Positions 1 through 9,000 of a stretch of 61,396 nucleotides of DNA are shown here, piece by piece. How positions within the stretch are numbered: the stretch's first letter is position 1; each line of letters starts with the position of its first letter. Source of the DNA: a virus. Taxonomy: Duplodnaviria; Caudoviricetes. Made by a program: the position numbers and the translations under genes. The notes beneath the pieces are model-generated. The model saw nothing but the letters and a program-made list of their open reading frames with translations. It searched no databases and was not told the origin of the DNA. The DNA is taken from positions 1 through 61,396 of the IMG/VR virus record IMGVR_UViG_3300031949_000037; one strand, given 5' to 3'.

Positions 1-184
1 TCTCGCCCAACAACCGCGTCGTCGAGGCCGACGGCTCGGCCTGGGCCTCGATGTCGGACCGGATCATCAGCCACGAAGGCCAGCTCTGCCGGACCTTGCC
101 CGAGGACCGCCATCCTACCTGGAGCGCCGGCCATATGGACCCGTGGGCGATCTCCTACGAGCTTGCCCAGCCCCCCGAGAGTTG
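1..184. repeat. Terminal direct repeat, left copy (circular assembly overlap)
   Basis: Identical to 61213-61396 except C128 vs T61340 (synonymous, GCC/GCT). Confidence 0.97.
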
Positions 185-554
185 GGGGCTGCCCTTCACT
201 GAGGCCTGCCTAGACCGGGCCGCCCGCGAAGTAGCGCAAGACTGCGTCCGCTATGGCATCCCGGCCGTGGTGCTGCCCTACGTGTCGGGCGATAACCACG
301 AGGCGCCGGGCATCGCCCGCCACGACCGCTCGGCGAACGGTACGACGTGGGGGAAGAGCGACCCCGGCCGCTTCTTCGACGACCGGGGCTTCGAGAGGAG
401 AGTAAGGGCCTACATCATGCCACAACCCACGCCCGAACAAGTCCTGGCCATCGTCCGGGCCCTAACACCGGCGCTGCTGGCCGGCGACGTCGGCACCGTC
501 CACGCCCAGATTCACTATCTCTACGCGCTAGCTGGCAAGCCGCAACCGACCTAG
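1..554 (+). CDS. N-acetylmuramoyl-L-alanine amidase (Amidase_2 endolysin), 3' part; gene starts at 61047 and crosses the junction
   Basis: Joined protein has ILIHAT, WSAGH, ISYEL, ARHD and KSDPG, typical of Zn-amidase_2; follows holin-like genes. Confidence 0.85.
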   Translation, partial: SPNNRVVEADGSAWASMSDRIISHEGQLCRTLPEDRHPTWSAGHMDPWAISYELAQPPESWGLPFTEACLDRAAREVAQDCVRYGIPAVVLPYVSGDNHEAPGIARHDRSANGTTWGKSDPGRFFDDRGFERRVRAYIMPQPTPEQVLAIVRALTPALLAGDVGTVHAQIHYLYALAGKPQPT

Positions 555-569
555 CGAGCGATCCGTAAC

Positions 570-755
570 ATGGTCTGGCTTCTCTACCGGGGGAACATGG
601 CGCGCGTCGTGGCGGGGTCCGAGACTGGCACCCAATACGCCTGCTCGCCCCGTTCCTTCATCGAGGTGGAGGACGCCGACGCCCCCCAGCTCCTGCGCAT
701 GCCCAAGGCCCGCTGTGGCTGCGGGCGGATGTTCCGCCGGCAGAAGCCCCGCTAG
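570..755 (+). CDS. Small Cys-containing protein, paralog-like to 36666-36887
   Basis: FIEVEDADAPQLL..CGCG resembles IIDVDEADVEVLL..CCTGG. Confidence 0.6.
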   Translation: MVWLLYRGNMARVVAGSETGTQYACSPRSFIEVEDADAPQLLRMPKARCGCGRMFRRQKPR

Positions 756-762
756 CGAAAGG

Positions 763-992
763 CCCGGCTTTCCCGGCGGGGGCGGAAAACCCAAGTTTCG
801 GGCGCCGGCCAAACTTCGGCGTTTGAGCTCGGCCCCCCAAAGCCCGAAGCGTTACTTCCCCCTCAGGCCCGCGAGCTACTATTTGCCCGGCCCGCAGAAA
901 CCCCGGCTTTCCGCCGGCGGGGGAAACAGGGGGTTTGAGCTCGGCGCCGAAACCCCGAACCGCTACTCCTATGCTCAGGCCCGCGAGCTACT
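763..992. repeat. Degenerate ~112-bp tandem duplication in an intergenic region
   Basis: GTTTGAGCTCGGC at 821 and 933; CTCAGGCCCGCGAGCTACT at 862 and 974; CCCGGCTTTCC at 763 and 902. Confidence 0.85.
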
Positions 993-1026
993 TTTCCCGC
1001 CTCTGATGGAAAAGCGGTTTGGTAGG

Positions 1027-1056
1027 TTGACACGAACTGGCCGCTACGGCTATAGT
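1027..1056 (+). promoter_or_regulatory. sigma70 promoter with embedded operator
   Basis: TTGACA-18 nt-TATAGT; contains CTGGCCG-CTA-CGGCTA. Confidence 0.85.
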
Positions 1057-1065
1057 CTAGGCGCC

Positions 1066-1440
1066 ATGAAAACGCGCGCCAGGGCCGTCCAGAGGTGGGT
1101 TACGGACCGCCTCTGCGCCGAGTGTGGCAGCCGGCTCGTCGCGTCTACCGGGCCCATGTGCCCGATGGCCCCGCAACACGCGGGCTCGGTAGCGGCGCCA
1201 TCCGGTACCCTGGCGCGCATCATGGCCGAATGGGGGCGCGGGCTGGAGGCCGAGGATGCGCTGGTGGCGGCGCATAAGGGTGCCCTGGCCTACTGGCTAC
1301 TACGCCGGCATGCCTGGGGAGACCATCGGCTCTGCCCGCGACTCCATAGCCTGCTGGGGCCGAGCGCAGGGGACATAGGGTGCCTGGGGAGCATCCCGCC
1401 GATGTACCGGCCTCCGCGCCCGGTCGTCGACCTGTGGTAA
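1066..1440 (+). CDS. Hypothetical Zn-ribbon protein, probably near-leaderless
   Basis: ATG 10 nt after the -10 box; CAECG motif. Confidence 0.55.
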   Translation: MKTRARAVQRWVTDRLCAECGSRLVASTGPMCPMAPQHAGSVAAPSGTLARIMAEWGRGLEAEDALVAAHKGALAYWLLRRHAWGDHRLCPRLHSLLGPSAGDIGCLGSIPPMYRPPRPVVDLW

Positions 1441-1453
1441 GGAGGTTCCGATC

Positions 1454-2422
1454 ATGACCCAGGAGCACGCCCTAGTGGCCGTCGGCACGCGGCCACTCCT
1501 GGCTACTAAGGCCAACGTTGAAGTCATGGAACGCTTCATCCAGGTGATGGACCCGAACGCCGACGCTAAGCTCAGGTGGTCGCTGGCCGTCGTGGCCGTA
1601 CGGCTAGGCCTGCACCCTCTTAACAATGAGGTGATGCTGTACGAGGGGCAGGTCTTCATCACGATCCACGGCCGCCGCCGGCTAGCGGAGCGCAACGGCG
1701 ACCTAGCCGCCATCCAGCCCGACATCGTCACGGACGACGCCCGGCGCAAGGCCATGGGGGCCACGAGTAGGGGCGACATCGTCGGCATGTGCTACGTCTA
1801 CCGGCGTAGCGATGAGCGCCCTACCATCCAGTACGGCCTGGTCCGGGCTAATGAGCGCTGGCCTAGCGAGAACGAGATGGTCAAGCTGGGCGTGACGCAG
1901 GAGGAGGTGCAGAAGCTCAGAAACAACGACGATCCCGATGGCCTGTTCGCCATCATCAAGAATCCCCGCGCTAAGGTCCGGCCCATCATCCTCCAGCCGC
2001 ACATAATGGCGATGAAGCGGGCCGAGGCGCGGGCCCTGGACTCTCTGGCCGGCGTACCGCTGCCGACCTTCGACCCCGAGATGGGGGCCCAGGTCACCAA
2101 CGGCGTCCTACCGGCCTTCATGCTCCAGGAGGACCCCGATCCCGCAGCGCCGACGGCTACGGCGGAGCCAACGCCAACGGCGCCGTCTTCGCCCCCGCCC
2201 GTCCAAGCGTCGGCACCGCCCACGCCACCCCCGGCGTCGATGCCCGAGCCTACGACATCGCCGTCGACCAGGCCGCCGGCGCCGCCCACGTCGAGGCCCC
2301 CGGCACAGTCTACGTCCTCGCGACGCCCCGCTCAGGGAGCGCTACCCGTACCGTGTGCTAACAATCCACAGATCTGCGGCTGCCCAAGCCATATCGCCGA
2401 GCGAGCCGCCCGGCGGGCATAA
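1454..2422 (+). CDS. recT: RecT/Bet-like single-strand annealing protein with P/T-rich tail
   Basis: LGLHPL..VFITIHGRRRLAERNG and PHIMAMKRAEARAL motifs; AAGGAGG RBS. Confidence 0.75.
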   Translation: MTQEHALVAVGTRPLLATKANVEVMERFIQVMDPNADAKLRWSLAVVAVRLGLHPLNNEVMLYEGQVFITIHGRRRLAERNGDLAAIQPDIVTDDARRKAMGATSRGDIVGMCYVYRRSDERPTIQYGLVRANERWPSENEMVKLGVTQEEVQKLRNNDDPDGLFAIIKNPRAKVRPIILQPHIMAMKRAEARALDSLAGVPLPTFDPEMGAQVTNGVLPAFMLQEDPDPAAPTATAEPTPTAPSSPPPVQASAPPTPPPASMPEPTTSPSTRPPAPPTSRPPAQSTSSRRPAQGALPVPCANNPQICGCPSHIAERAARRA

Positions 2423-2440
2423 GAAAGAGGGAAGCTAGAA

Positions 2441-2761
2441 ATGAAGAACCTGACCTGGGCTCACTACCTGATCATCAGCGTAGTCGTCTTTACGCTGGTA
2501 ATTTGGGGCTATATCGGTACCATCGTCTTAGATGGTGCTCCAGCCATAGCCCCTAACACCCCAATCGCTACAGCGGATGGCGGAGTAGCGGATGGCGGGC
2601 TAGACGTGGACCCCGTCACTGGCGAACCTAGAGGCCACTTCGCTATAGGTTGGAACTGTACGGGCTTCCGGCCTACAGGCGGCACGGCCTTGCTCGGCGA
2701 TTGGCTGATTCTGGTGCCTGTCCTCGGCCTAGTTGCCTGGAAGGCCATACCAAGACGCTAA
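2441..2761 (+). CDS. Small membrane protein (2 hydrophobic segments)
   Basis: Hydrophobic N- and C-termini; visibly more AT-rich than flanks. Confidence 0.65.
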   Translation: MKNLTWAHYLIISVVVFTLVIWGYIGTIVLDGAPAIAPNTPIATADGGVADGGLDVDPVTGEPRGHFAIGWNCTGFRPTGGTALLGDWLILVPVLGLVAWKAIPRR

Positions 2762-2771
2762 GGGGCCTATC

Positions 2772-3098
2772 ATGGGGGGCGGCCGTAACCTAGCCACGTA
2801 CCCACGCTGCCCGAAGTGCCACAAGAAGCGCGATGTAGGCCTGGCGCTCTCGGCGCCAGGCTGGCATTGCTTCCCCTGTGGCCTGTACTTCGTGGTCCGG
2901 GGCGGCATGTCCGTGGCCGACGGCCACGACTCCTACCCCGCCGACGTGAAGAAGGTCTACCATTGTCCCATCCACTACCGAGAGCATTTGGGCGTCTGCC
3001 CACGCTGCCAGCAAAGCTCAAAGGAAGGAGCATCCCATGCCGCGCCAGTACACCAGGACCCGGAGAAAGCTGGCCCTCGAGGAGGCCGCGCCGCCTGA
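2772..3098 (+). CDS. Double Zn-finger-like protein
   Basis: CPKC, CFPC, CPIH and CPRC. Confidence 0.55.
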   Translation: MGGGRNLATYPRCPKCHKKRDVGLALSAPGWHCFPCGLYFVVRGGMSVADGHDSYPADVKKVYHCPIHYREHLGVCPRCQQSSKEGASHAAPVHQDPEKAGPRGGRAA

Positions 3099-3648
3099 GG
3101 AGGGCCAGGACCACGAGGCGGCGGAGCCGCCGCTGGCCGAGGCTACCGAGCCGGCCCTAGACGTCCAGACGTCCGGCGATGGTGCTACGCCGGCGCCCGA
3201 GCCGGCCGGGGCCGAGCCTGAGGACAAGGCCACGCCAGCCCCGGAGCAAAACCTGACGCTGGAGGCCAGGGGCCGCGTAGTCGCGTGGGCCCCCAAGTCT
3301 ACCGAGACCGGGCCGGTCTGCCGCATTACCTTCGAGACCGCCGACATCAACGGTCGGGATCTCGAGCTCTTGTGGTCCGCCCAAGCGTTCCTCGCCGCCA
3401 TGACGCTAACCTTCGAGGGCCGGTCGCAGCGCATCCCCTTCCCCATGGCGGTCGGCCCTAGCCCGGCGTCAGAGGCCGCCGCCGAAGAGCCCTGCACGGA
3501 CCAGGAGCAGGCCGAGGCCGATGCCCTAGCCGGCGGCGCCATGGCAGAGGCGGAGGGCCAGGCGGAGGGCTTAGCCCAGGCCGAAGAGGCCGTGGGCGGG
3601 GCCGAGCCGCCATGGGCCGAAGGCGGCCAGCCCGAGGGCGGTGACTAA
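3037..3648 (+). CDS. Acidic hypothetical protein
   Basis: AAGGAG RBS; E/A/P-rich termini around a folded-looking core. Confidence 0.65.
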   Translation: MPRQYTRTRRKLALEEAAPPEEGQDHEAAEPPLAEATEPALDVQTSGDGATPAPEPAGAEPEDKATPAPEQNLTLEARGRVVAWAPKSTETGPVCRITFETADINGRDLELLWSAQAFLAAMTLTFEGRSQRIPFPMAVGPSPASEAAAEEPCTDQEQAEADALAGGAMAEAEGQAEGLAQAEEAVGGAEPPWAEGGQPEGGD

Positions 3649-3671
3649 CCCGCTTAAGCCCTTTCCCATCC

Positions 3672-3733
3672 TTGACACAGAGTGGCCCCTGGGTATGATC
3701 CAGGGGCCGCTACTTACTAGCCGCTACGGCTAG
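3672..3733 (+). promoter_or_regulatory. sigma70 promoter with downstream operator
   Basis: TTGACA-16 nt-TATGAT; perfect CTAGCCG-CTA-CGGCTAG at 3717-3733. Confidence 0.75.
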
Positions 3734-3737
3734 CGTT

Positions 3738-4355
3738 ATGTTATCTATCGAAAGGATGGGCGCCCCCGCCATGCCGAGCCGCCGCTTACCCCCCCGTGTC
3801 CTCGACCTCCAGGCTCCGCAGTACCCGCTACCGGATGCGCCCGCCCCGCGCCCGGCCTCGCGTAGGCGCGCGCGGCCGGGCGATCTCGCGGTGGTGGTGG
3901 GGGGTGGTGGTGGTGGTGATCTCTCTCGATCTACCGATCCATTAGTAGACCGAGACCCCACCACCACCACCGCGCACGGGCTCGCGCGCGCGGTGGCGCG
4001 CTACTTACGGGTGCGCCTGGGCACGGCCCTGGCGGCAGAGATGGTCGAAGAGTATGGGGCCATCCCGATACTCCGCGCCCTACCCCTCGTCATGAGACCG
4101 CATTGGGTAGAGGAGCCGGTTGCCCAGCTTACCTACGCGGAAATCAAGGCGTGGCGAGCGGCCGGTGCTAAGGGCCAGTTACGCCGGCCCGGCAGGGAGC
4201 GAATCCTGTGGGAGCCGGCACCTGGGCTACGGAGTCCTGGCGGCGTGCTACGGCGGAAACTCGAGGCTGGCCGGTTGACGGCCGCTAGCCGTAGCGGCTA
4301 TAGTGACCAGGCCGGCGGCGCTACGGAGCCCCGCCAGCAAGCGATAGGAGGCTAG
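3738..4355 (+). CDS. Hypothetical protein, possibly a replication-initiator-like remnant; start uncertain
   Basis: ORF after a promoter; DRDPTTTTAHGLARA resembles phage replisome-organizer linkers; internal inverted repeat. Confidence 0.4.
   Translation: MLSIERMGAPAMPSRRLPPRVLDLQAPQYPLPDAPAPRPASRRRARPGDLAVVVGGGGGGDLSRSTDPLVDRDPTTTTAHGLARAVARYLRVRLGTALAAEMVEEYGAIPILRALPLVMRPHWVEEPVAQLTYAEIKAWRAAGAKGQLRRPGRERILWEPAPGLRSPGGVLRRKLEAGRLTAASRSGYSDQAGGATEPRQQAIGG
4275..4304 (+). promoter_or_regulatory. sigma70 promoter with embedded operator
   Basis: TTGACG-18 nt-TATAGT with CTAGCCG-TAG-CGGCTA. Confidence 0.8.
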
Positions 4356-4357
4356 GC

Positions 4358-5662
4358 GTGCAACAGAGCGGTAGCATCATCCGGGGCCTGGCAACGGCAG
4401 ATCTCCACCTGGGCATCGACAACGTAGGTGGCCTAAACGCCTACGGCCTGCCGGCGCGGGTCGACGACTTCTTCAGCGCCTTCGACCAGATGATCGGCTT
4501 CGCCAGGGGAAGGCGAGGAGCTACCGGCGGCTTCGACGCCGAGCCGGTAGACCTCTTCATCATCGCCGGCGACCTGACCCGGCACCGTAATCCGCCCCAG
4601 CGGATCGTGGCGCCCTTCCTGTACCGGGTCCGCGCCATGGTCGACAAGGGCATTACCGTGGTCCTGGTCTGCGGGAACCACGATGGGCAATCGGGGCGCG
4701 GTCAGTACAACCTACTCGACGCGGCCGCCGAGGTGGGGGGTGCCTCAGCGGATGGTGGCCAGGTAATCATCTTTAACGAGCCCGCGTCTCTGACGGCCTC
4801 TACCCGGCATGGGAAGGTGCGGCTAGTGGGCATCCCCTGGCCCCGTGTAGGGGCCAGCGATGGGGCCCCCATGGCCGAGGTCCGCGACGCTGCCGACGCC
4901 GTTCTACGCGACAGAATAGGCCAGGCGGCTCTTCCCGAATCGCTCGACTACGCCGAGCCCGAGGTCATGATTGGCCACCTGGCCGTGGCCGGGGCCGACC
5001 GCGCCAGCGACCAGTGGATGACGCTAGGCTACGAGCCCCTGGTGCGGCCGGGCGACTTCCCTCCTACGCTCGACCTGGTCCTGCTAGGCCATTACCACAA
5101 GCCCAGCATCATTAGCCGGTCCGGCCCGCCGATCCTCTACTGCGGATCGCCCATTACCATCGACTTCGGCGAGGAAGGCCAGGAGAAGATGGCCTGGAGA
5201 TTTGCCCTTGACGGCTCCCGCCCGCGCGGCCAGCGCTGCGTAGAGCTAACCTCCATGCCCCTAGCCGGCCGCCCGTTCCGCACGATCGACCTAGACCTGG
5301 CCGACTTCATCGACCCGGTCGTGGTGACCGCGGCCGCGATCGAGGCGATCCACCAATCGGTCGGCGATGTGCTAGACGGTGCCGTCGTTAGGGTGCGGAT
5401 CAAGTGCCGCGCGGCGGCCCAGGCCGGGGCCCTTAAGCTGGGCGCTATCGACGCGGCTCTTCGAGAGGCCGGCGCCTGGTACGTAGCGGGAATCCATGTA
5501 GAGGCGCCCAGGGCCGAGCGCCGCTGGGGCGGCGACAGCCTGATGTCACGGCCGCCCGAGGAGCTGCTACGTGAATACCTCGAGCGGACCGAACCCGATC
5601 CCGACCGCCGGGCCCGCCTCTACGGGCTGGCCATGCAGCTAAAGGCAGAGGCCGAATGCTAA
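4358..5662 (+). CDS. sbcD: SbcD/Mre11-family nuclease
   Basis: Metallophosphoesterase motifs ADLHLG, IAGD, GNHD, LGHYH, YCGSP..DFGE. Confidence 0.93.
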   Translation: MQQSGSIIRGLATADLHLGIDNVGGLNAYGLPARVDDFFSAFDQMIGFARGRRGATGGFDAEPVDLFIIAGDLTRHRNPPQRIVAPFLYRVRAMVDKGITVVLVCGNHDGQSGRGQYNLLDAAAEVGGASADGGQVIIFNEPASLTASTRHGKVRLVGIPWPRVGASDGAPMAEVRDAADAVLRDRIGQAALPESLDYAEPEVMIGHLAVAGADRASDQWMTLGYEPLVRPGDFPPTLDLVLLGHYHKPSIISRSGPPILYCGSPITIDFGEEGQEKMAWRFALDGSRPRGQRCVELTSMPLAGRPFRTIDLDLADFIDPVVVTAAAIEAIHQSVGDVLDGAVVRVRIKCRAAAQAGALKLGAIDAALREAGAWYVAGIHVEAPRAERRWGGDSLMSRPPEELLREYLERTEPDPDRRARLYGLAMQLKAEAEC

Positions 5663-5904
5663 AGAAGGTGTGGGTACTGATGGACCGGCCGCCCGGCCCG
5701 GACAGCCAGTTTGTGGAGGTCGAGGACGCCGGCGGCCAGGCCCTGAGGGTCGAGTGGCGGGAGGAAGGGCGCTATTGGGCGCTCGGCCCCTTCTACATCG
5801 CCGATGATGTTGACAGCGAGATGGCCGGCACCCGGCACGCCGTAGAGAAGGCCGTTACGGACCTGGGCGAAGCCGTGGGCACCATAGGATGGGGCGAGCG
5901 ATGA
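5656..5904 (+). CDS. Hypothetical protein
   Basis: Overlaps both neighbours; PPGPDSQFVEVED motif. Confidence 0.6.
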   Translation: MLKKVWVLMDRPPGPDSQFVEVEDAGGQALRVEWREEGRYWALGPFYIADDVDSEMAGTRHAVEKAVTDLGEAVGTIGWGER

Positions 5905-6167
5905 TCCACATCTGGACGACCGACGACTTCTACGAGGCGGCGTCGCTCCTGAGCCGCTGGCAGTTCTATGCCTGCCGACATAACCGGCGCGACGTCGGCG
6001 ACCAGTACGGCGCGGCCTGGTCGGTGGTGATGGACCTATGGAGCGCTAGCCTAGAGGGCGCCGCCAATCTGTCGATGGAGGTCGAGGACCAGATCAAGCA
6101 AGCCATGGCCGAGGCCCGCCGGCCCTTGCGCCAGCTAGCCGAGGCGGCTAGTATGGCGGCGCCATGA
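5901..6167 (+). CDS. Hypothetical protein
   Basis: ATGA coupling at both ends. Confidence 0.55.
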   Translation: MIHIWTTDDFYEAASLLSRWQFYACRHNRRDVGDQYGAAWSVVMDLWSASLEGAANLSMEVEDQIKQAMAEARRPLRQLAEAASMAAP

Positions 6168-6373
6168 TACCCAAGCCAGCGGGCTACGTCTGGGCCGAGG
6201 GCAAAATGCGCGGCGGGGTACAGACCATAACGCGCCATCGGGCCGGCTGCGGCGTGGTCTGGCGGGCTCGCTCTAGCCTATACAGTACGGTTTTCCTGCA
6301 TGCCAAACGGCCGGGCAATCTGCCCTGGTACGTCTTCGTAGACCATCGCTGTGTAAGGGGGGCGAAGGGATGA
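6164..6373 (+). CDS. Hypothetical protein
   Basis: ATGA coupling at both ends. Confidence 0.5.
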   Translation: MIPKPAGYVWAEGKMRGGVQTITRHRAGCGVVWRARSSLYSTVFLHAKRPGNLPWYVFVDHRCVRGAKG

Positions 6374-8145
6374 TACCGCTACGAATAGGCCTAAGTAACT
6401 TCCTGAGCTATGGTGACGCCGACGTCGACCTGGCCGGCCTCTCCATGGTGGCCCTGGCGGGCGAGAACGGCGCGGGCAAGTCGGCCCTGGCGGTCGATGC
6501 CCTAACCTGGGCCCTGTGGGGCCTAAGCCGTGCCCGCTCCGACGACGACCTGGTCCGCGCCGGTGCCAGCGAGTGCATGGTGACGGTAGACATCGCCGTG
6601 GATCGCGGAACCTATCGCGTTAGCCGGCGCCGGCACCTGGGGCCGGGCGGCCGCGCCGGTACTAGCGCCCTTACCCTTGAGGCCCTGGAGGGCGGCCGGG
6701 CCGTGAAGCTCACGGCCGAGACGATCCGAGAGACCCAGGAGCGCATCGAGGGCGTCCTCGGCCTTGACGGCAAGACCTTCATCAACACCGCCTGTCTAGT
6801 ACAGGGCCGGGCTGACGAGTTCGCCCGCGCCGGCCCCAAGGACCGTAAGGACCTTCTGGCCGAGATCTTGGGCATCCGGTCGTGGCAGGAGTGGGCGGGC
6901 ATGGCCCGCGATAGGGGGCATCGAGCGGCTGCGGCTGCGGCCGCCGAGCAATCGTCCGCCGAGGCCTTCCGCCAGGCCCTAGCGGGCGCTGGCGGCCTAC
7001 GGGCCCAGCTACAGGAGGTGGAGGCCCGCCTAGACGCCCAGGGCCGAGAGGTATCCGACCTAGCGGGCCGCCTGGAGGGCGGCCGTGCCCTAGCCCAGGC
7101 GCAGTCTGAGACCCTTAGGATGAGGGGTAGCCTTCGGGCCGACCTCGCCGCAGTGGAGGGCCAGGCACGGGCAGGCCGCATGCAGATCTCCCGGCTTACC
7201 GAGCAGCTAGCGGCCATCGCCACCACTAAGCCCGGTAGCCGCCCCCTTCAGTGTCCTACCTGTGGCCAGGACATCGTAGACACAAAGGCCGCCGAGCGGG
7301 TAGAGGAGTGGGCGCGGCGCCAGGCCGATCTTCGCGCCCGGCTGGAGGCCGATCTCCTGACCGTTGATGGCGCCACGGACGACGCTGTGATCCGGGCCGG
7401 CGAGATACAAGAGCGCCTCAGCGTCGTCGAGGCCGAGGTCGATGGCGTGGGCGACATGCAGGCGGCCCTAAGGGCGGCCGAGAGTAACCATCAGACCGCC
7501 GCGGCGCTCCTGGCTAGCTGGCAGGCCGACGCGGCCGGTATCCGGGGCCGGCTCCAGCAGTTAGCGGCGCTAGAGCGGGATCTGGAGCGGGCTGAAGGGC
7601 GCGCCGCCGAGGCTTCGGCGCGGGCCGCCGATATGATCCTGCTCGACTCCATCCTGGGGCCTAATGGGATTCAAGCCATGCTCATAGACGCGGCGATCCC
7701 CGAGATCGTAGACGAGGCCAACCGGCTCCTGGGCATCCTAACCGCCGGCACGACGACCATTGATCTGAGGACCCAGCGCGCGGGGAAGACAACGGGCCGC
7801 GACATCGAGACGCTGGACCTCTTGATCAGCGATGGGCTGGGCATCCGGCCTTACGAGCTCTACTCAGGCGGCGAGCGCTTCCGCGTCGACTTCGCTACCA
7901 GGATCGCGCTATCCAGGCTCTTGGCTAGGAGGGCATCGGCGCCGTGCAGGACCCTTGTAATCGACGAGGGCTTCGGGAGCCAGGACGGCCGGGGCAGGGA
8001 GGCCCTGATGGAGTGCCTCTCGATGATAGCGGCCGAGTTTGGCCTGATCCTCGTTATCAGCCACGTCGACGACCTGAGGGAAGCCTTGCCCTGCACGATC
8101 CTCGTCGAGAAGGGGCCCAATGGTTCGCGGGCCATCCTACGCTAA
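6370..8145 (+). CDS. sbcC: SbcC/Rad50 SMC-like ATPase
   Basis: Walker A GENGAGKS, Zn-hook CPTC, signature YSGGE, Walker B LVIDEGFGSQD, VISH. Confidence 0.95.
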   Translation: MIPLRIGLSNFLSYGDADVDLAGLSMVALAGENGAGKSALAVDALTWALWGLSRARSDDDLVRAGASECMVTVDIAVDRGTYRVSRRRHLGPGGRAGTSALTLEALEGGRAVKLTAETIRETQERIEGVLGLDGKTFINTACLVQGRADEFARAGPKDRKDLLAEILGIRSWQEWAGMARDRGHRAAAAAAAEQSSAEAFRQALAGAGGLRAQLQEVEARLDAQGREVSDLAGRLEGGRALAQAQSETLRMRGSLRADLAAVEGQARAGRMQISRLTEQLAAIATTKPGSRPLQCPTCGQDIVDTKAAERVEEWARRQADLRARLEADLLTVDGATDDAVIRAGEIQERLSVVEAEVDGVGDMQAALRAAESNHQTAAALLASWQADAAGIRGRLQQLAALERDLERAEGRAAEASARAADMILLDSILGPNGIQAMLIDAAIPEIVDEANRLLGILTAGTTTIDLRTQRAGKTTGRDIETLDLLISDGLGIRPYELYSGGERFRVDFATRIALSRLLARRASAPCRTLVIDEGFGSQDGRGREALMECLSMIAAEFGLILVISHVDDLREALPCTILVEKGPNGSRAILR

Positions 8146-8342
8146 CCGGGGCGCACAACCGCCATCCAGGCCGCGCGGCCTGGGGGAAGGCCATGCGGAA
8201 CCGCCGCTGGCGCCGGCGCTTTCGGCGCTGGGCCTGGGCGTCCGTCCGCCGGCCATGGAGCCTATGGCCCTTCGGCGGTCTGAGGGGAGGACGCGATGGT
8301 CGCTTCTAGCGGGCAGGTCGGTATCTGAAGTGGGCGGCGGCC

Positions 8343-8918
8343 GTGCTCCTATGGTCGTCAGTGGGCGCGGTCCTTGGAACCGCATGCGGAGGCGCCTATC
8401 GACCACCACCTGAGCCCACGGCGGCGGCAGGCCCCGCCTGCATCGCTACGCCGCCTGTGCTATCGGCCGGCGCCCGGATGTGTCTAGGGCATTTCTCCAC
8501 GGCCACCAGCCGCCCGTTAGACATGCCGGCGCCGGCCCCTACCATCCAAGCCCTGGCGGCCGCGCCCGCCACACCCACGATACCCTTTGCCCCGACGGCC
8601 CCTAGCGCCGCGCCGACGACCCTAGGGGCCGCGGCCTTATCCGAGGCCTTCCTGGCCGGCTACGCTGCGGGTGGCGGGCCGCCCGAGCTGGCGCCCCACT
8701 TCACCGACGTCGCGATCCCCTGCGAGTCGGGCTGGCGTACGGACCCGCCCGGCTACCACCTGGGCATGCTGCAGTTCGCCCCCGCCACCTGGCGTAAGGC
8801 GGCCCGCGCCGGCGCCGACTACCGCGACCCGTGGGAGCAAGGCTTCGCGGCTGGCAACTGGATCGGGCCGATGGGCGTCGACCCCGGCAGTAGGGCCGGA
8901 TGGGCCGGCTGCTGGTAA
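8343..8918 (+). CDS. Exported (lipoprotein-like) transglycosylase, Rpf/lysozyme-like fold
   Basis: LGTAC lipobox-like motif, P/A linker, then CESGW..GMLQFAPATW..DPWEQ. Confidence 0.7.
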   Translation: MLLWSSVGAVLGTACGGAYRPPPEPTAAAGPACIATPPVLSAGARMCLGHFSTATSRPLDMPAPAPTIQALAAAPATPTIPFAPTAPSAAPTTLGAAALSEAFLAGYAAGGGPPELAPHFTDVAIPCESGWRTDPPGYHLGMLQFAPATWRKAARAGADYRDPWEQGFAAGNWIGPMGVDPGSRAGWAGCW

Positions 8919-8983
8919 GCCTCCTCTCCTAGCTTCGGCGCCCGAGAATCTCGCGAAATAGCCCCACTTTCTCGCCAAAAGGG

Positions 8984-9000
8984 CTAGCCGCTGCGGCTAG
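8984..9000. promoter_or_regulatory. Operator palindrome
   Basis: CTAGCCG-CTG-CGGCTAG next to AT-rich GATACTATATAT. Confidence 0.75.

Noticed and set aside
715-1065. N-terminal 117 codons of ORF 715-1440
   Set aside because: They run through the repeat region and a promoter; ATG 1066 is the more plausible start.
3719-3746. dif-like site (TTATGTTATCT resembles a XerD arm)
   Set aside because: No XerC arm ending in ATAA at 6-bp spacing; that position is occupied by the operator.
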